Shown here: positions 17,470-28,282 of the stretch, in pieces
Numbering within the stretch: position 1 is the first letter of the stretch
How the letters are laid out: every line of letters starts with the position of its first letter
From: Spirochaetota bacterium
GTDB lineage: Bacteria; Spirochaetota; UBA4802; UBA5550
DNA: 64,000 nt
NCBI GenBank assembly: GCA_050298055.1
Contig: JBNKTL010000001.1
Coordinates: 70,979 to 134,978 of the forward strand
Direction: 5' to 3'
The notes under the pieces: model-generated
What the model saw: the letters and a program-made list of their open reading frames with translations, nothing else
What the model was told of the DNA's origin: nothing
The model's database searches: none
Program-made: the position numbers and the translations under genes

Positions 17470-17624
17470 CTATTACTCCATAATTATTCCGGGACAGCGT
17501 AATTGACCATTAGTCATTTATCAACCCTTTTATTAAAAAAATGACTTTTATTCGATAAGTAATTCTCAGCAAAAAAATATTTTTGACAGAACCTCTCCTT
17601 TCTGTCTATCTGTCGTAAAATATC

Positions 17625-19640
17625 ATGAAAAAATTCAAAGTCATATCAGGCTATAAGGTCTCCGAAGACCAGGAACGGGCGGTGAAAAGCCTCTCACAGG
17701 GGATCCGTGACGGAATGAAATACCAGACCCTCCTGGGGGTCACCGGATCGGGAAAGACCTTCTCCATGGCCAAGATCATCGAGGAGGTCCAGAAACCCAC
17801 CCTGGTCCTTACCCACAACAAGACACTTGCGGCACAGCTCTACCGGGAATTCAAAGAGTTTTTCCCCGGAAACTCCGTTGAGTACTTTGTCTCATACTAC
17901 GACTACTACCAACCCGAGGCCTACGTCGCCTCCTCGGACCTCTATATCGAAAAGGACGCCTCCATAAACGACGAGATCGACCGGCTTCGTCTCAAGGCCA
18001 CCACATCCATCCTGGAAAGGAAGGACGTCATCGTGGTGGCCTCCGTGTCCTGCATCTACGGGATCGGGACCCCGGAGGAGTATGAGAAGTCCCATATCAG
18101 GATAAATAAAGGGGACACCCTTGAAAGGGACGCGCTCCTCAGGCAGCTGGTGACCATCTACTACGAGAGAAACGACACCTCCTTTACCCGGGGGACATTC
18201 ACCGTGAGGGGCGACGTTGTGGATATCTACCCCGCCTACCTCCACCACGACGCCTACAGGCTGGAGTTCTTCGGCGACGAGGTGGAGTCCATAACACGGA
18301 TCAACCCGGTGACCCGGAGCAAAATCGAGGACGTGGAGACATGCTATGTCTATCCCGCCAAGCACTTTGTCTCCCCCCCGGAGGAGATGAAACTCACGGT
18401 GCGGATGATCGAGGAGGAGCTTGAGGGACGGCTGGAGGAGTTCCGGAAGCAGGGTAAGCTCCTTGAGGCACAGCGGCTGGAAACACGGACCCGTTACGAC
18501 ATAGAGATGATGATGGAGATGGGATACTGCAACGGGATCGAGAACTACTCCCGGATCATCTCCCGGCGTAAAGAGGGGGAGAGGCCCTACTGCCTCCTGG
18601 ACTTCTTCAAGGGAAATTACCTGATGCTTGTTGACGAGTCCCACATCTCCCTACCCCAGGTGAGGGGGATGTTTAAAGGGGACAGGTCCCGGAAGCAGAG
18701 CCTTGTTGACCACGGGTTCAGGCTTCCCAGCGCCCTGGACAACCGTCCCCTCTTCTTCGGCGAATTTGAGGAGATCATCGACCAGGCCCTCTTTGTCTCC
18801 GCCACTCCCGCCGACTACGAACTGGAGACCAGTGAAAACATTGTGGAACAGGTCATACGCCCTACCGGTCTCCTTGACCCTCCCGTAGAGGTAAGGCCCG
18901 CGGAGAACCAGGTCGACGATCTCATCTCCTCGGTCAACGAACGTGTTGAACGGAACGAGAGGACCCTTGTTACCACACTGACCAAAAAGATGGCAGAGGA
19001 CCTCACCGGCTACCTCCAGGACGCGGGGATACGGACCCGTTACCTCCACTCGGAGATCGACACCCTGGAACGGGTGGAGATCATCCGGGACCTCAGGAAG
19101 GGGGAGTTTGACTGCCTGGTGGGGATCAACCTCCTCCGTGAGGGACTTGATATCCCGGAGGTCTCCCTGGTTGCCATCCTGGACGCGGACAAGGAGGGTT
19201 TCCTCCGCTCCAAGAGGTCGCTTATACAGACATTCGGCCGGGCCGCGCGGAACGTCAACGGGACGGTGATTATGTACGCGGACAGGGTCACCGGCTCCAT
19301 GCGGGAGGCCATAGACGAAACAGAGAGAAGGCGCGCGATCCAGGACGAATACAATAAAAAGCACAATATCTCACCGGAATCCATAAAGAAGGAGATCGTG
19401 GATATCATCGAACGGGAGTACGTCAGCGAAAACAGCTTTGTGGGGATGGTGGCGGATTATACCGCTGAATACAGGAAGGACTCGGTCAGGGACCTCAGGG
19501 CCCTTAAGGAAAGGCTCAAAAGCGACATGCTCAAGGCCGCTGAGGACCTGGAGTTTGAAAAGGCGGCAGTGATCAGGGACCAGATGATGGATATCGAAAA
19601 GAAACTCTCCCTCAGGGAAAAGGTGAAAAAGAGTGAGTGA
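17625..19640 (+). CDS. uvrB: Excinuclease ABC subunit B
   Basis: [43 protein letters not shown]-terminal UVR domain. Confidence 0.99.
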   Translation: MKKFKVISGYKVSEDQERAVKSLSQGIRDGMKYQTLLGVTGSGKTFSMAKIIEEVQKPTLVLTHNKTLAAQLYREFKEFFPGNSVEYFVSYYDYYQPEAYVASSDLYIEKDASINDEIDRLRLKATTSILERKDVIVVASVSCIYGIGTPEEYEKSHIRINKGDTLERDALLRQLVTIYYERNDTSFTRGTFTVRGDVVDIYPAYLHHDAYRLEFFGDEVESITRINPVTRSKIEDVETCYVYPAKHFVSPPEEMKLTVRMIEEELEGRLEEFRKQGKLLEAQRLETRTRYDIEMMMEMGYCNGIENYSRIISRRKEGERPYCLLDFFKGNYLMLVDESHISLPQVRGMFKGDRSRKQSLVDHGFRLPSALDNRPLFFGEFEEIIDQALFVSATPADYELETSENIVEQVIRPTGLLDPPVEVRPAENQVDDLISSVNERVERNERTLVTTLTKKMAEDLTGYLQDAGIRTRYLHSEIDTLERVEIIRDLRKGEFDCLVGINLLREGLDIPEVSLVAILDADKEGFLRSKRSLIQTFGRAARNVNGTVIMYADRVTGSMREAIDETERRRAIQDEYNKKHNISPESIKKEIVDIIEREYVSENSFVGMVADYTAEYRKDSVRDLRALKERLKSDMLKAAEDLEFEKAAVIRDQMMDIEKKLSLREKVKKSE

Positions 19641-20472
19641 GAGATATCTTAAAGCGCTGGAGAGACTCCTGAAGATGGCCATGGAGGAAGATATTGGAAC
19701 AGGCGATGTCACATCTGATGCAATCTTTCCGGAGGGCCACCAATCGGAGGCGGTGATCATCTCCAAGGAAGAAGGGGTTTTCTGCGGGGCAGAGGTCATT
19801 AAACACTGCTATGCCAAGATAGACGGCAGTCTCCGGACAGAAGTCCGGGTCCCCGACGGCAAAAAAATAGAGCCGGGAGACAGGGTGGCGGAGATCCGGG
19901 GAAACACCGGGAACATCCTCAGGGGCGAGAGGATCATCCTCAACTTTATCCAGAGGATGTCGGGGATCGCCACAATGACAGACCGGTTTGTGAGAATCAT
20001 GGAAGGTTCGGGGATCAGGATACTGGATACGCGTAAAACCATTCCCGGGCACAGGCTTCTCGACAAGTACGCGGTAAAGACAGGCGGCGGCCGTAACCAC
20101 AGGATCGGCCTCTATGACATGGTCATGATAAAGGACAACCATATAAAAGCCGCGGGAAGCATAAGCGCCGCAGTGGATACCATCCGAAAAGCATACGGCA
20201 GCCGCTACAGGGTTGAAGTTGAAACAACCGGCAGGGAAGAAGTCAGGGAAGCGGTTTCCGCGGGGGCGGATATTATCATGCTGGACAACATGGACCTTCC
20301 GGCCATGAGGGAATCTATCGAAATCATAAAGGGAAGAGCGGAAATTGAAGTCTCGGGAAATATTACCGGTAAAAGGCTTGCGGAACTCAAAGATCTTGAA
20401 ATTGACTATATCTCCATTGGGGCCCTCACCCATTCGGTCAGGGCCTTTGATCTCTCCATGAAGATTACCTGA
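19633..20472 (+). CDS. nadC: Nicotinate-nucleotide pyrophosphorylase (carboxylating)
   Basis: [45 protein letters not shown] start overlapping the uvrB end. Confidence 0.97.
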   Translation: MSERYLKALERLLKMAMEEDIGTGDVTSDAIFPEGHQSEAVIISKEEGVFCGAEVIKHCYAKIDGSLRTEVRVPDGKKIEPGDRVAEIRGNTGNILRGERIILNFIQRMSGIATMTDRFVRIMEGSGIRILDTRKTIPGHRLLDKYAVKTGGGRNHRIGLYDMVMIKDNHIKAAGSISAAVDTIRKAYGSRYRVEVETTGREEVREAVSAGADIIMLDNMDLPAMRESIEIIKGRAEIEVSGNITGKRLAELKDLEIDYISIGALTHSVRAFDLSMKIT

Positions 20473-20521
20473 TCTCATTTTCAATCATGAAAGTCAAAAA
20501 TACTATTCATTATTAAAAATT

Positions 20522-20944
20522 TTAACTGTTTTCCAATGTATTAATGAGATCAATTCCTGAAACGATAAAATCTTTCACATTGAATGTTACGAGAACAAGT
20601 CCATAGTGCAGCGCCTGCGCGGCAATGATACTGTCTATTGCTGATAGAGGGGATCCCGCTTTTTCACATTTCGCTATCAGATCTCCCCAGGAAAGAGAAC
20701 ATTCAAGATCAAAGGGAATAATACGGTCTTTATAGTGTTCAATGATTGACTCAAACCATGTGGTGAGGTCTTTTTTCTTTTTACTCCGTGGAAGCTTTTG
20801 AATGCCCCGGTACAGTTCACCGGCGGTAATTACACTGATATAGAGATTGTCACTGTTTTGACTGTGGATCCATGAAAGTGTATCTTCGTTGGGAGAGGTT
20901 TTTGTCAGCTCTGAAAGGACGCAGGTATCGAGAAGGTATCTCAT
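20522..20944 (-). CDS. vapC: VapC-like PIN-domain toxin
   Basis: YLLDTCVLSE, GEL, IDSIIAAQAL, LVTFNVKDF; 4-bp overlap with the antitoxin. Confidence 0.95.
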   Translation of the reverse strand: MRYLLDTCVLSELTKTSPNEDTLSWIHSQNSDNLYISVITAGELYRGIQKLPRSKKKKDLTTWFESIIEHYKDRIIPFDLECSLSWGDLIAKCEKAGSPLSAIDSIIAAQALHYGLVLVTFNVKDFIVSGIDLINTLENS

Positions 20945-21192
20945 AGGGTAAAATCTCTCACCTTTGAACGGTCTCTTGGAATTTTGAGGCCGTCGCTGCT
21001 TCTAGGGGCTGAAAGAAGAAAATCTTTAAAATCAGGGTATTTTCCCGTGAGACGATGATACTCCTCCATTGATATAATGACCGCGGTTTCTTTCCCATGA
21101 CGGGTAATAAACTGGGGGCCTTTTTTAACCGCGTCCTGAATGAGCTGGCTGAATTTACTTTTTGCGTCCTGAAGTTTCCATAGATATTTCAT
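20941..21192 (-). CDS. Phd/YefM family antitoxin
   Basis: WKLQDAKSKFSQLI...GPQFITRHGKETAVIIS. Confidence 0.95.
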   Translation of the reverse strand: MKYLWKLQDAKSKFSQLIQDAVKKGPQFITRHGKETAVIISMEEYHRLTGKYPDFKDFLLSAPRSSDGLKIPRDRSKVRDFTL

Positions 21193-21206
21193 TATGATCC
21201 CCTTTT

Positions 21207-21223
21207 CTAGTCAGACTAGTCAG
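21207..21223. promoter_or_regulatory. Candidate TA autoregulatory operator
   Basis: Palindrome CTAGTC-a-GACTAG plus direct repeat CTAGTCAG x2, about 15 bp upstream of the antitoxin ATG. Confidence 0.65.
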
Positions 21224-21267
21224 GATAAATTACTTTGTCAATTAATTATTTCCGATTCAGGAACAAT

Positions 21268-21888
21268 CTACCTGAAAAAGGGGTTCATCCTCTTTTCATT
21301 ACCCACGGTTGTTTCCGGTCCGTGTCCCGGGAGCACTCGTATATTCTCGGGAAGTGTGAATATCTTTTCATTGATAGATTTTATCAGCTCGGAATAATTT
21401 CCTCCCGGGAGGTCTGTCCTCCCGATGGACATGCTGAAAAGCGAGTCCCCGGAGAAGAGGGTATTTTCAACCAGGAGTGAAACCGACCCCTTTGAGTGGC
21501 CCGGAGTATGCAGGAGCTTTATCTCCATGCCCGCGATTTTCAGTTCGCCCTGGCAGGGAAGCTGTTTGTCAATTGTGATCTTCCCCGGGTCCTCAACTCC
21601 GAACATTGATGCCTGCACCGATACGGCTTCAACCAGCTCCCTGTCCAGGTCACAGACATAAAAGGGCGCCTTCCGCCGCTCCTTGACCCGGTTTACGCCG
21701 TCAATATGGTCAATATGTCCGTGTGTGGCAATGATACCCTCAAGGGTAATTTTCTCCTTTTCAACAATTTCAAGGAGGCCTTCCGTATCATTCCCCGGAT
21801 CTATTATTATACCGCCGGATGTCTCTTCATTAACCAGAAGAAATGAATTGACCATGAACGGCCCGTTCTGCAGCACAACTATCTTCAT
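21268..21888 (-). CDS. MBL-fold metallo-hydrolase (glyoxalase II-like)
   Basis: THGHIDHIDG, HTPGHS, SGD, PGHG; ATG 21888 with GAGGT RBS. Confidence 0.93.
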   Translation of the reverse strand: MKIVVLQNGPFMVNSFLLVNEETSGGIIIDPGNDTEGLLEIVEKEKITLEGIIATHGHIDHIDGVNRVKERRKAPFYVCDLDRELVEAVSVQASMFGVEDPGKITIDKQLPCQGELKIAGMEIKLLHTPGHSKGSVSLLVENTLFSGDSLFSMSIGRTDLPGGNYSELIKSINEKIFTLPENIRVLPGHGPETTVGNEKRMNPFFR

Positions 21889-21993
21889 CGCGTATACCTC
21901 GTAATTTTTCACTGGGAGATTTGAAACTCATATAAGTGTAACTATCTGTCAAATAAAAATTGACAACTTCTCCCATCATAATAGGAAAGAATA

Positions 21994-22284
21994 ATGGAAA
22001 AAGCAGTCATTGATATAAGTGTTTCTCCGAAATCTTCACGGAGCAGGGTCGCGGTGGATGAGAACAACGGCATTAAGGTCTACCTCAATTCACCCCCGGC
22101 GGACGGAAAGGCCAACGCGGAACTGGTTAAACTACTCTCAAAAAAACTCGGGATTGCTAAATCCGGAATAGAGATCACCAGGGGTCAGAGCAGCAGGAAA
22201 AAGACCCTTTCAATAACGGGTCTTGATAAAAACCAGGTCATTGAAAAACTCAAAGGAGAAAAATCAGCCGGTGGAAAAAAGTGA
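21994..22284 (+). CDS. DUF167/YggU family protein
   Basis: VSPKSS, PPADGKANAEL, GQSSRKK. Confidence 0.9.
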   Translation: MEKAVIDISVSPKSSRSRVAVDENNGIKVYLNSPPADGKANAELVKLLSKKLGIAKSGIEITRGQSSRKKTLSITGLDKNQVIEKLKGEKSAGGKK

Positions 22285-23125
22285 AAGACAACTGGGGGTC
22301 CATCTCTCCATATCCGGGGGACTCGTGAAGTCCTTCCCCCGGGCGAAGGAACTCTCTATAAACACAATGCAGATCTTTCTGAAAAACTCCAACAGGTGGC
22401 AGGCCCCCGGTTATAAACCCGAAGATATTGAGGCCTTCGAGTCCGGATGGAAAGAGATGGCGGGACTCACAATATTCGCCCACAGCGGCTACCTGATAAA
22501 CCTTGCGGGAAACGGAGAGAACCTGGAAAAATCAATAAAAGCCATGGCCGACGAACTCATGAGAGCGGAGACCCTGGGCGTCAGAAGCATCGTTGTCCAT
22601 CCGGGAAGCCACCTGGGAGCGGGAATCGATGAAGGTGTTAAACAGGCCGCCCGTTCAATTGATAAAGCATACGCACTGTCAGGAGATCCCGATATCGAGA
22701 TACTCCTTGAGACCACCGCGGGGCAGGGCTCCTCTGTGGGACACAGCTTTTCCCACCTGGCCGGAATAATCGGCACATCGAAAAACACCCGAAAACTCAA
22801 TGTCTGCCTTGATACCTGCCATATCTTTGCGGCCGGTTACGACATCAATCACAAAGAGGGAGTTAAGAAAACCATAGATGAGTTTGATTCTGTTATCGGG
22901 CTTGAGAGGCTCAAACTCATTCACCTGAACGATTCAAAAAAGGAACTGGAAAGCAGGGTGGACAGGCATGAACATATCGGCAGAGGAAAAATCGGTTTAC
23001 AGGGATTCAGAGAACTCGTCAACCATGAAAAACTGAAAGCGGTCCCCCTCATCCTGGAAACACCCAAATCAGATGAAAATTCCGACAGGGAAAACCTTCG
23101 GAGGGTCAGGCGGATGTTCAGGTAA
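22271..23125 (+). CDS. nfo: Endonuclease IV
   Basis: GVHLSISGG, HSGYLINL, ETTAGQG, DTCHIFAAGYD, HLNDSK, DRHEHIG; GTG start inferred. Confidence 0.96.
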   Translation: MEKSERQLGVHLSISGGLVKSFPRAKELSINTMQIFLKNSNRWQAPGYKPEDIEAFESGWKEMAGLTIFAHSGYLINLAGNGENLEKSIKAMADELMRAETLGVRSIVVHPGSHLGAGIDEGVKQAARSIDKAYALSGDPDIEILLETTAGQGSSVGHSFSHLAGIIGTSKNTRKLNVCLDTCHIFAAGYDINHKEGVKKTIDEFDSVIGLERLKLIHLNDSKKELESRVDRHEHIGRGKIGLQGFRELVNHEKLKAVPLILETPKSDENSDRENLRRVRRMFR

Positions 23126-23225
23126 GCGGGATTTTCCGGGATTTGGCCGATACAGTCTCATCCTGTGAAACCAATACCAGCGCAAAAAGACATCCGATAA
23201 TTGTGATTTTTCCTTTTATTTTCAT
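23118..23225 (-). other. 35-aa signal-peptide-like small ORF (small protein or gene remnant)
   Basis: GGGAG RBS; MKIKGKITIIGCLFALVLVSQDETVSAKSRKIPLT*. Confidence 0.4.
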
Positions 23226-23457
23226 CTTCTTCTCCCAAGTGAATTTATTGTTCATATAACAATGATTATAAAAATTTTATTAAAATCACAAGTCTTTTTT
23301 ATAAAAACCATAAGGAGTATACCCTCTTGGGCATATCACCGTGTCATTATTAAAAATTTTAAATGATATTAAGTCAGGGAGCAGGTTATTTTATGTTGAC
23401 AGAAGGTCCTTCCCCTGCAGTCTGCTTATTACTGAGTAGTTACAATCACAATTTTAA

Positions 23458-24852
23458 ATGGAAATGAATGAAAATAAAAATAATCTCTTAAGTGATTTCA
23501 GTGAAGAGACAGACTACAGGCGGGACCTGGGGCTCCTGGAATCTGTCTCGATTGTCATCGGGAGGATTATCGGTTCCGGGATATTCAGGACACCCGGCCC
23601 CATCATGGCCCTTGTTGCTTCCACGTCCCTTTTCGGCTTTGTCTGGGTCCTCGGGGGTGTTGTTACAATTTTTGGCGCTGTCTGTTATGCGGAACTGGTA
23701 GCAATGATGCCGAAATCGGGAGGCCCCTACGTCTACCTTAAGGTCGCGTATCCCCCTGTCTGGTCTTTTCTCCGGGGATGGGCCATGTTTTTTGTCTCTG
23801 AGACTGGGGCCATTGCCGCCGTTGCCCTGGTCTTTGCGGAGTACCTCAACGCCCTCTGGTTGATCCTGTACGGTGAACCCTTTTCAAACATTTCTGAAGT
23901 CATCATAGCCCTTCTCTGTATCTGGTTCCTCACCGCCATTAATCTCTTCGGGGTGTTCCTGAGCGGAGTTGTCCAGAATGTTCTCAGTGCGATGAAGGTT
24001 CTTGCCATCGGCGCGATTATCGGTATCTCATTTATCTCCGGCGGAAACATATCCAATTTCTCATCACCCTTTTTGCCGGGTGAGTTTTCCTGGTCAACGG
24101 TTCTGGCTGTGGGCGCGGCCCTCAGGTACTCCTTCTTCGCGTACAGCGGCTGGGAGGGAGCAACATATGTGGCCGAAGAAGTCCGAAATCCCCGGAAGAA
24201 CCTTCCCCTCTCGCTCCTTTTCGGGATAGGAGGCGTAATACTCCTCTACGCGGGAGCAAACTCGGCCTACCTCTACCAGCTTCCCGTTGAGACCATCAAA
24301 AACTCCAAGTGGGTTGCCGTGGACGCAATGCAGATGGCCATGGGGAGTACGGGGGGAATACTCATATCCGCAGCTGTGATGATGAACACATTCGGCAATG
24401 TGAGTACACAGATACTCTGCAAGGCGCGGTCCTGGCAGGCCATGGCGCGGGACGGGGTTTTCTTCGAAAAACTTTCAGATATCCATCCCCATTATAGAAC
24501 ACCCAACATATCCCTTATTGCACAGGCATTCTGGGCATCGGTGCTTCTCCTCTTTGCGGCAAATGCCAAAAGTTCCTACGAGACAATTATTGATTTTTTC
24601 TCTGCCACGGGGACTATCTTTAATATCATGACCTTTGCGTCGGTCTTTATTCTCAGGAGAAAATTTCCTGATATAATACGGCCGTATAAGGCATGGTTTT
24701 ACCCCTACAGCCTGGTCATCATCCTGGTTATCTACCTGGTATTTCTGGTTATTACCCTGATAACGGCATTCAAGGCTTCCCTGCTCGGGCTGCTCCTCAC
24801 TTCATCGGGACTTATCTATTACTACGGGAAGAGAAGAACTTTCTCAAAATAA
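23458..24852 (+). CDS. APC family amino acid permease
   Basis: IIGSGIF, YAEL...PKSGGPYVYL, FAYSGWE, AEEVRNP. Confidence 0.95.
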   Translation: MEMNENKNNLLSDFSEETDYRRDLGLLESVSIVIGRIIGSGIFRTPGPIMALVASTSLFGFVWVLGGVVTIFGAVCYAELVAMMPKSGGPYVYLKVAYPPVWSFLRGWAMFFVSETGAIAAVALVFAEYLNALWLILYGEPFSNISEVIIALLCIWFLTAINLFGVFLSGVVQNVLSAMKVLAIGAIIGISFISGGNISNFSSPFLPGEFSWSTVLAVGAALRYSFFAYSGWEGATYVAEEVRNPRKNLPLSLLFGIGGVILLYAGANSAYLYQLPVETIKNSKWVAVDAMQMAMGSTGGILISAAVMMNTFGNVSTQILCKARSWQAMARDGVFFEKLSDIHPHYRTPNISLIAQAFWASVLLLFAANAKSSYETIIDFFSATGTIFNIMTFASVFILRRKFPDIIRPYKAWFYPYSLVIILVIYLVFLVITLITAFKASLLGLLLTSSGLIYYYGKRRTFSK

Positions 24853-25079
24853 CGATTAATATTTACACCATTATATAATAATGGTTGTATATGTTGGTAG
24901 TTAATGATAAGGTAATGGCTCATCTGTGTAGAGAATAAACATTATTGAATAAAAGATAACTGATGTGTCAGGGACGCATTGTTGGGATTTTATTAAATTA
25001 TGTATATTTTAGACATACAGCCGAGACATTATTGATAATGACTCAGCTTTGCGATAAAAATTCTGAGCATGGAGGTTTT

Positions 25080-25934
25080 ATGAAACCCTTTAAATTTGAT
25101 AATACTGCTTATATTCTTTTTCTTTCATTGGCTCTTTGTCTTGGATTTCAGTTTACGGCACATGCCGATGATCCCGGGCATGAGTTCAGTGTTCGTGGCG
25201 GACTGGGGGGCGGCAAGATACTCTGGGGTTATATTGACCATGGAAGTTCAAGCGGTGACCTGGGAACAGGCCCGGGAGTATCGGTCAACCTGAACCTGAT
25301 GTACGCTTATTCACTTCTTGGAGTTGAAGGAAGCTTTACTGCTGTCCCTCTCAGCACACTGGAGTGGGAGGATGAGGACGAATTTAATGTAACCCATAAT
25401 TACAAGTCCACGGGCAGCGGGGTTTTTACAATTCTTGATCTCAAAGTGGGTTTAAGGCTCTTTGCGGAACCTGAAGATATGGGTTATACTTTTATCTTTG
25501 CGGGATACAGGACATGGCAGACAGAGAGAGACCAGGATACGGTTGAGGTTGACGGCTTCAAAATCCCCACGACTGTTAAAAGGGAAGCCAATGGAAGCGG
25601 ATGGATATTTGGATATCGCGATTTCAGTACTATCGGTCCCAATGATGGATTTGCTATCGTGGTACAATCGGGCCTCTGGTTTGGTAAAGCTCCTGTTGAT
25701 GAGATGAAGACAGATGGAGTTAAATCGCCTCTTAAAGAAAAAGACAACTTAAGTATTGGAGCCGAGCTGGGCGGAGGTATTGCCCTGCAGAATATTGGTC
25801 TTTCTGTTGTTGGAGGTATCAGGGGAGAAGTAAATTTAACTGTCTTCGACGATCCATCCGCCCCGGCAGACGAAGAGTCGGTGTTCGGTTTTGGTATGCT
25901 GGAATTTTTTGTTGAGGCAACGAAGAGGTTTTAA
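25080..25934 (+). CDS. Putative outer-membrane beta-barrel protein
   Basis: GGAGGT RBS, signal peptide ending AHA, alternating beta-strand pattern, C-terminal Phe. Confidence 0.7.
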   Translation: MKPFKFDNTAYILFLSLALCLGFQFTAHADDPGHEFSVRGGLGGGKILWGYIDHGSSSGDLGTGPGVSVNLNLMYAYSLLGVEGSFTAVPLSTLEWEDEDEFNVTHNYKSTGSGVFTILDLKVGLRLFAEPEDMGYTFIFAGYRTWQTERDQDTVEVDGFKIPTTVKREANGSGWIFGYRDFSTIGPNDGFAIVVQSGLWFGKAPVDEMKTDGVKSPLKEKDNLSIGAELGGGIALQNIGLSVVGGIRGEVNLTVFDDPSAPADEESVFGFGMLEFFVEATKRF

Positions 25935-26117
25935 TCTTTTTTATCACATTGATGCAGTACTCCACGTACTGTATCAATGTGAGATAAATATCCTGATTTA
26001 CATTTTCGAATATTTTTCTCATAACACAATTTTCTCCTTGAACATTACTTCTTCAGGTGTATTAACTTTTAAGTAATTGAATTTTATTTATAATTAATAT
26101 TTATCCGCGAGGTGACA

Positions 26118-26978
26118 ATGAAAAGTTTTGCTGCTGTTTTAACAGGTGCGATTTTAATAACTGTTTTCCCGGCTGGAGATCTTTTTTCCGGTACAGGAAA
26201 AAAGCCCATCAAATGGATCAGTGCGTCGTCAACGCTTAAAGGGAAGAACAACAGGTACGGCGCCGGGAACCTGCTGGACGGGAGTTCCGGATCGTGGTGC
26301 GAGGGTGTAAAAGGCGACGGTATAGGAGAGAAGATTACCCTTCTGTTCCGAAAGGAGGTAACTCTCACATCACTCTCTCTCATCAACGGTCTGAAGAGCG
26401 GGAAGTACTTTGGCAAAAACAACCGGGTAAAGGGGATGAAGATAAACGGTGAAAGCCATATCCTGCAAGATTCACCCGGACCGCAGAAAATCACACTCCA
26501 TAGACCGGTAAAAACAAAAAAACTTGTCCTGGAGATAGAGTCTGTCTATCCCGGTACAAAGTGGAAGGATACCTGCATTACCGAGCTCGGAATCAACACT
26601 CCCGTAAAAGTTACCGGTGACTACGGAGACGGCCTCATGGGAAGTATTTCAGGCGTTGACTGGCGTACACCGGAAGGTCTCTTTGACAAGTACGGCAGCA
26701 TAATCATTGCCTTCAACAGGGCCCTTCTGTTTTTCGGGGAGAGCGTTCCCTGCGGGGACGAATCATGCCCCATGACATATTCAGGATACTGCCGGAGAGT
26801 ATCAAAGGGAAAGTACAGGTGCACTTACAGGGAAAACTGCTATGGAAGGATGGAGGGACCGAATATGCCGGTCATTCGCGTCTGTAAAGAACATAACAGC
26901 ACATTTATTCTCCGGATTGTGGAGGGAAAACCGGAAATTGAGTTTAAGGGAAAGAGGGAGGTTCTGGTGAAGGATTAG
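26118..26978 (+). CDS. Secreted protein with discoidin/NADase-type glycan-binding-like domain and Cys-rich C-terminus
   Basis: ASSTL...YGAGNLLDG...SWCEG..GDGIGE, NNRVK, DTCITE pattern. Confidence 0.75.
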   Translation: MKSFAAVLTGAILITVFPAGDLFSGTGKKPIKWISASSTLKGKNNRYGAGNLLDGSSGSWCEGVKGDGIGEKITLLFRKEVTLTSLSLINGLKSGKYFGKNNRVKGMKINGESHILQDSPGPQKITLHRPVKTKKLVLEIESVYPGTKWKDTCITELGINTPVKVTGDYGDGLMGSISGVDWRTPEGLFDKYGSIIIAFNRALLFFGESVPCGDESCPMTYSGYCRRVSKGKYRCTYRENCYGRMEGPNMPVIRVCKEHNSTFILRIVEGKPEIEFKGKREVLVKD

Positions 26979-27293
26979 TTCTTATGGGAACATGCCCCCC
27001 TGTTCTTACTGCAGTATTTAAGTTTCCTGTTTGAAGAAATACAAGCAAAGTGTCCCACCACCAAAAGAAGCATGGACATATCAGTTATCTTTTATTCATT
27101 AACAGGTTTATTTTTTTACTCAGCTTGGGTAATAGCAAAAAAATAAAAAAGTCTGTTGCCAACATTTAAATATTTTTGTATGATATTTAATCATTTCCCG
27201 GTGAAAGCTCTCTGAAAGTATTATTCCTTTTTTAACGGGATAAAGAACAGAGTAATAAAATCACCGGAAAAAATAAATTGATTGGAGACGAAT

Positions 27294-27701
27294 ATGGCAT
27301 ATTTTAACTGGACAGATGATTTAAGTGTTCATATACCCTCTATTGATGAACAGCATAAAAAACTGATATCTATGATCAATGACTTCTACGACAGTTTTAA
27401 AAGCGGGCATAACAGGGAGAAACTTGTTGAACTTGTCGCCGGATTGAAAGAGTATACATCATATCATTTTACTACTGAAGAGAACCTGCTTACAAAACAT
27501 GGATATGAAGACTATGACAACCATAAAAAACAGCACGATACCTTTGTAGAGAAGGTCAATGACTTCCAGGAGAGGATCGAATCGGGTAAACTGGTTGTCT
27601 CTGTGGAGGTGACAAACTTTTTAAAAGACTGGCTCATCAACCATATCCAGAAAACAGACCGGGAATATTCTTCTTTCCTTGTTGGAAAAGGTGTTACATA
27701 G
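27294..27701 (+). CDS. Bacteriohemerythrin
   Basis: WTDDLSV, IDEQHKKL, HFTTEE, HKKQH, WLINHIQKTD; GGAG RBS. Confidence 0.97.
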   Translation: MAYFNWTDDLSVHIPSIDEQHKKLISMINDFYDSFKSGHNREKLVELVAGLKEYTSYHFTTEENLLTKHGYEDYDNHKKQHDTFVEKVNDFQERIESGKLVVSVEVTNFLKDWLINHIQKTDREYSSFLVGKGVT

Positions 27702-27720
27702 ATATCTCTCTTTAATGTGA

Positions 27721-27755
27721 TTAAAAAGGGGCCGGTTTTAAGGACCCCTTTTAAT
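27721..27755. terminator. Bidirectional intrinsic terminator
   Basis: AAAAAGGGGCC...GGACCCCTTTT between convergent genes. Confidence 0.75.
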
Positions 27756-27761
27756 TGTATT

Positions 27762-28157
27762 TTACTTGATTTTTTTCAGATAGAGTTTTGCGGGTTTGCC
27801 GTCAAAATCAAGCATTCCGTCAAGGCCCCCCTTCACAGGCTTTACTGTCATCATTCCTCCGAACTTAATCAGGAATGTTCCCTCTTTGAAATCATAGTCA
27901 AGTTTTTCAATTTCTTCCGCTGTTTTATGTTTTACATCGATATTGGAGAGCATGATATCGTATGAACTGCCGGTTCTTTTCAGGACAAGTCCCGTTAAAC
28001 CTTTGGGAAGAACCGAATTGTCCCCTTTCCATACTTCAACAACATAGATTCCCTGGTAACCGTCGGGAACTACCACCTGTTTTTTCTTTGCCGAAGAACA
28101 TCCGGCTATGGCAACTGTTAAAAACAGTACAAAAAGAAAAACGATTTTTCTCTGCAT
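27762..28157 (-). CDS. Hypothetical lipoprotein
   Basis: AGGAG RBS; MQRKIVFLFVLFLTVAIAG-C lipobox. Confidence 0.8.
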   Translation of the reverse strand: MQRKIVFLFVLFLTVAIAGCSSAKKKQVVVPDGYQGIYVVEVWKGDNSVLPKGLTGLVLKRTGSSYDIMLSNIDVKHKTAEEIEKLDYDFKEGTFLIKFGGMMTVKPVKGGLDGMLDFDGKPAKLYLKKIK

Positions 28158-28282
28158 AGAAATGACTCCTTTTTTAATTATTTGCACGGGTTGCACAGAT
28201 CATCTTTTAAAGGCTATTAAAATAAAAGCATCTGTCAATGACTTTTTTAAGTGTGTTTAAAACCCCTGTGACTTTCCATTCT

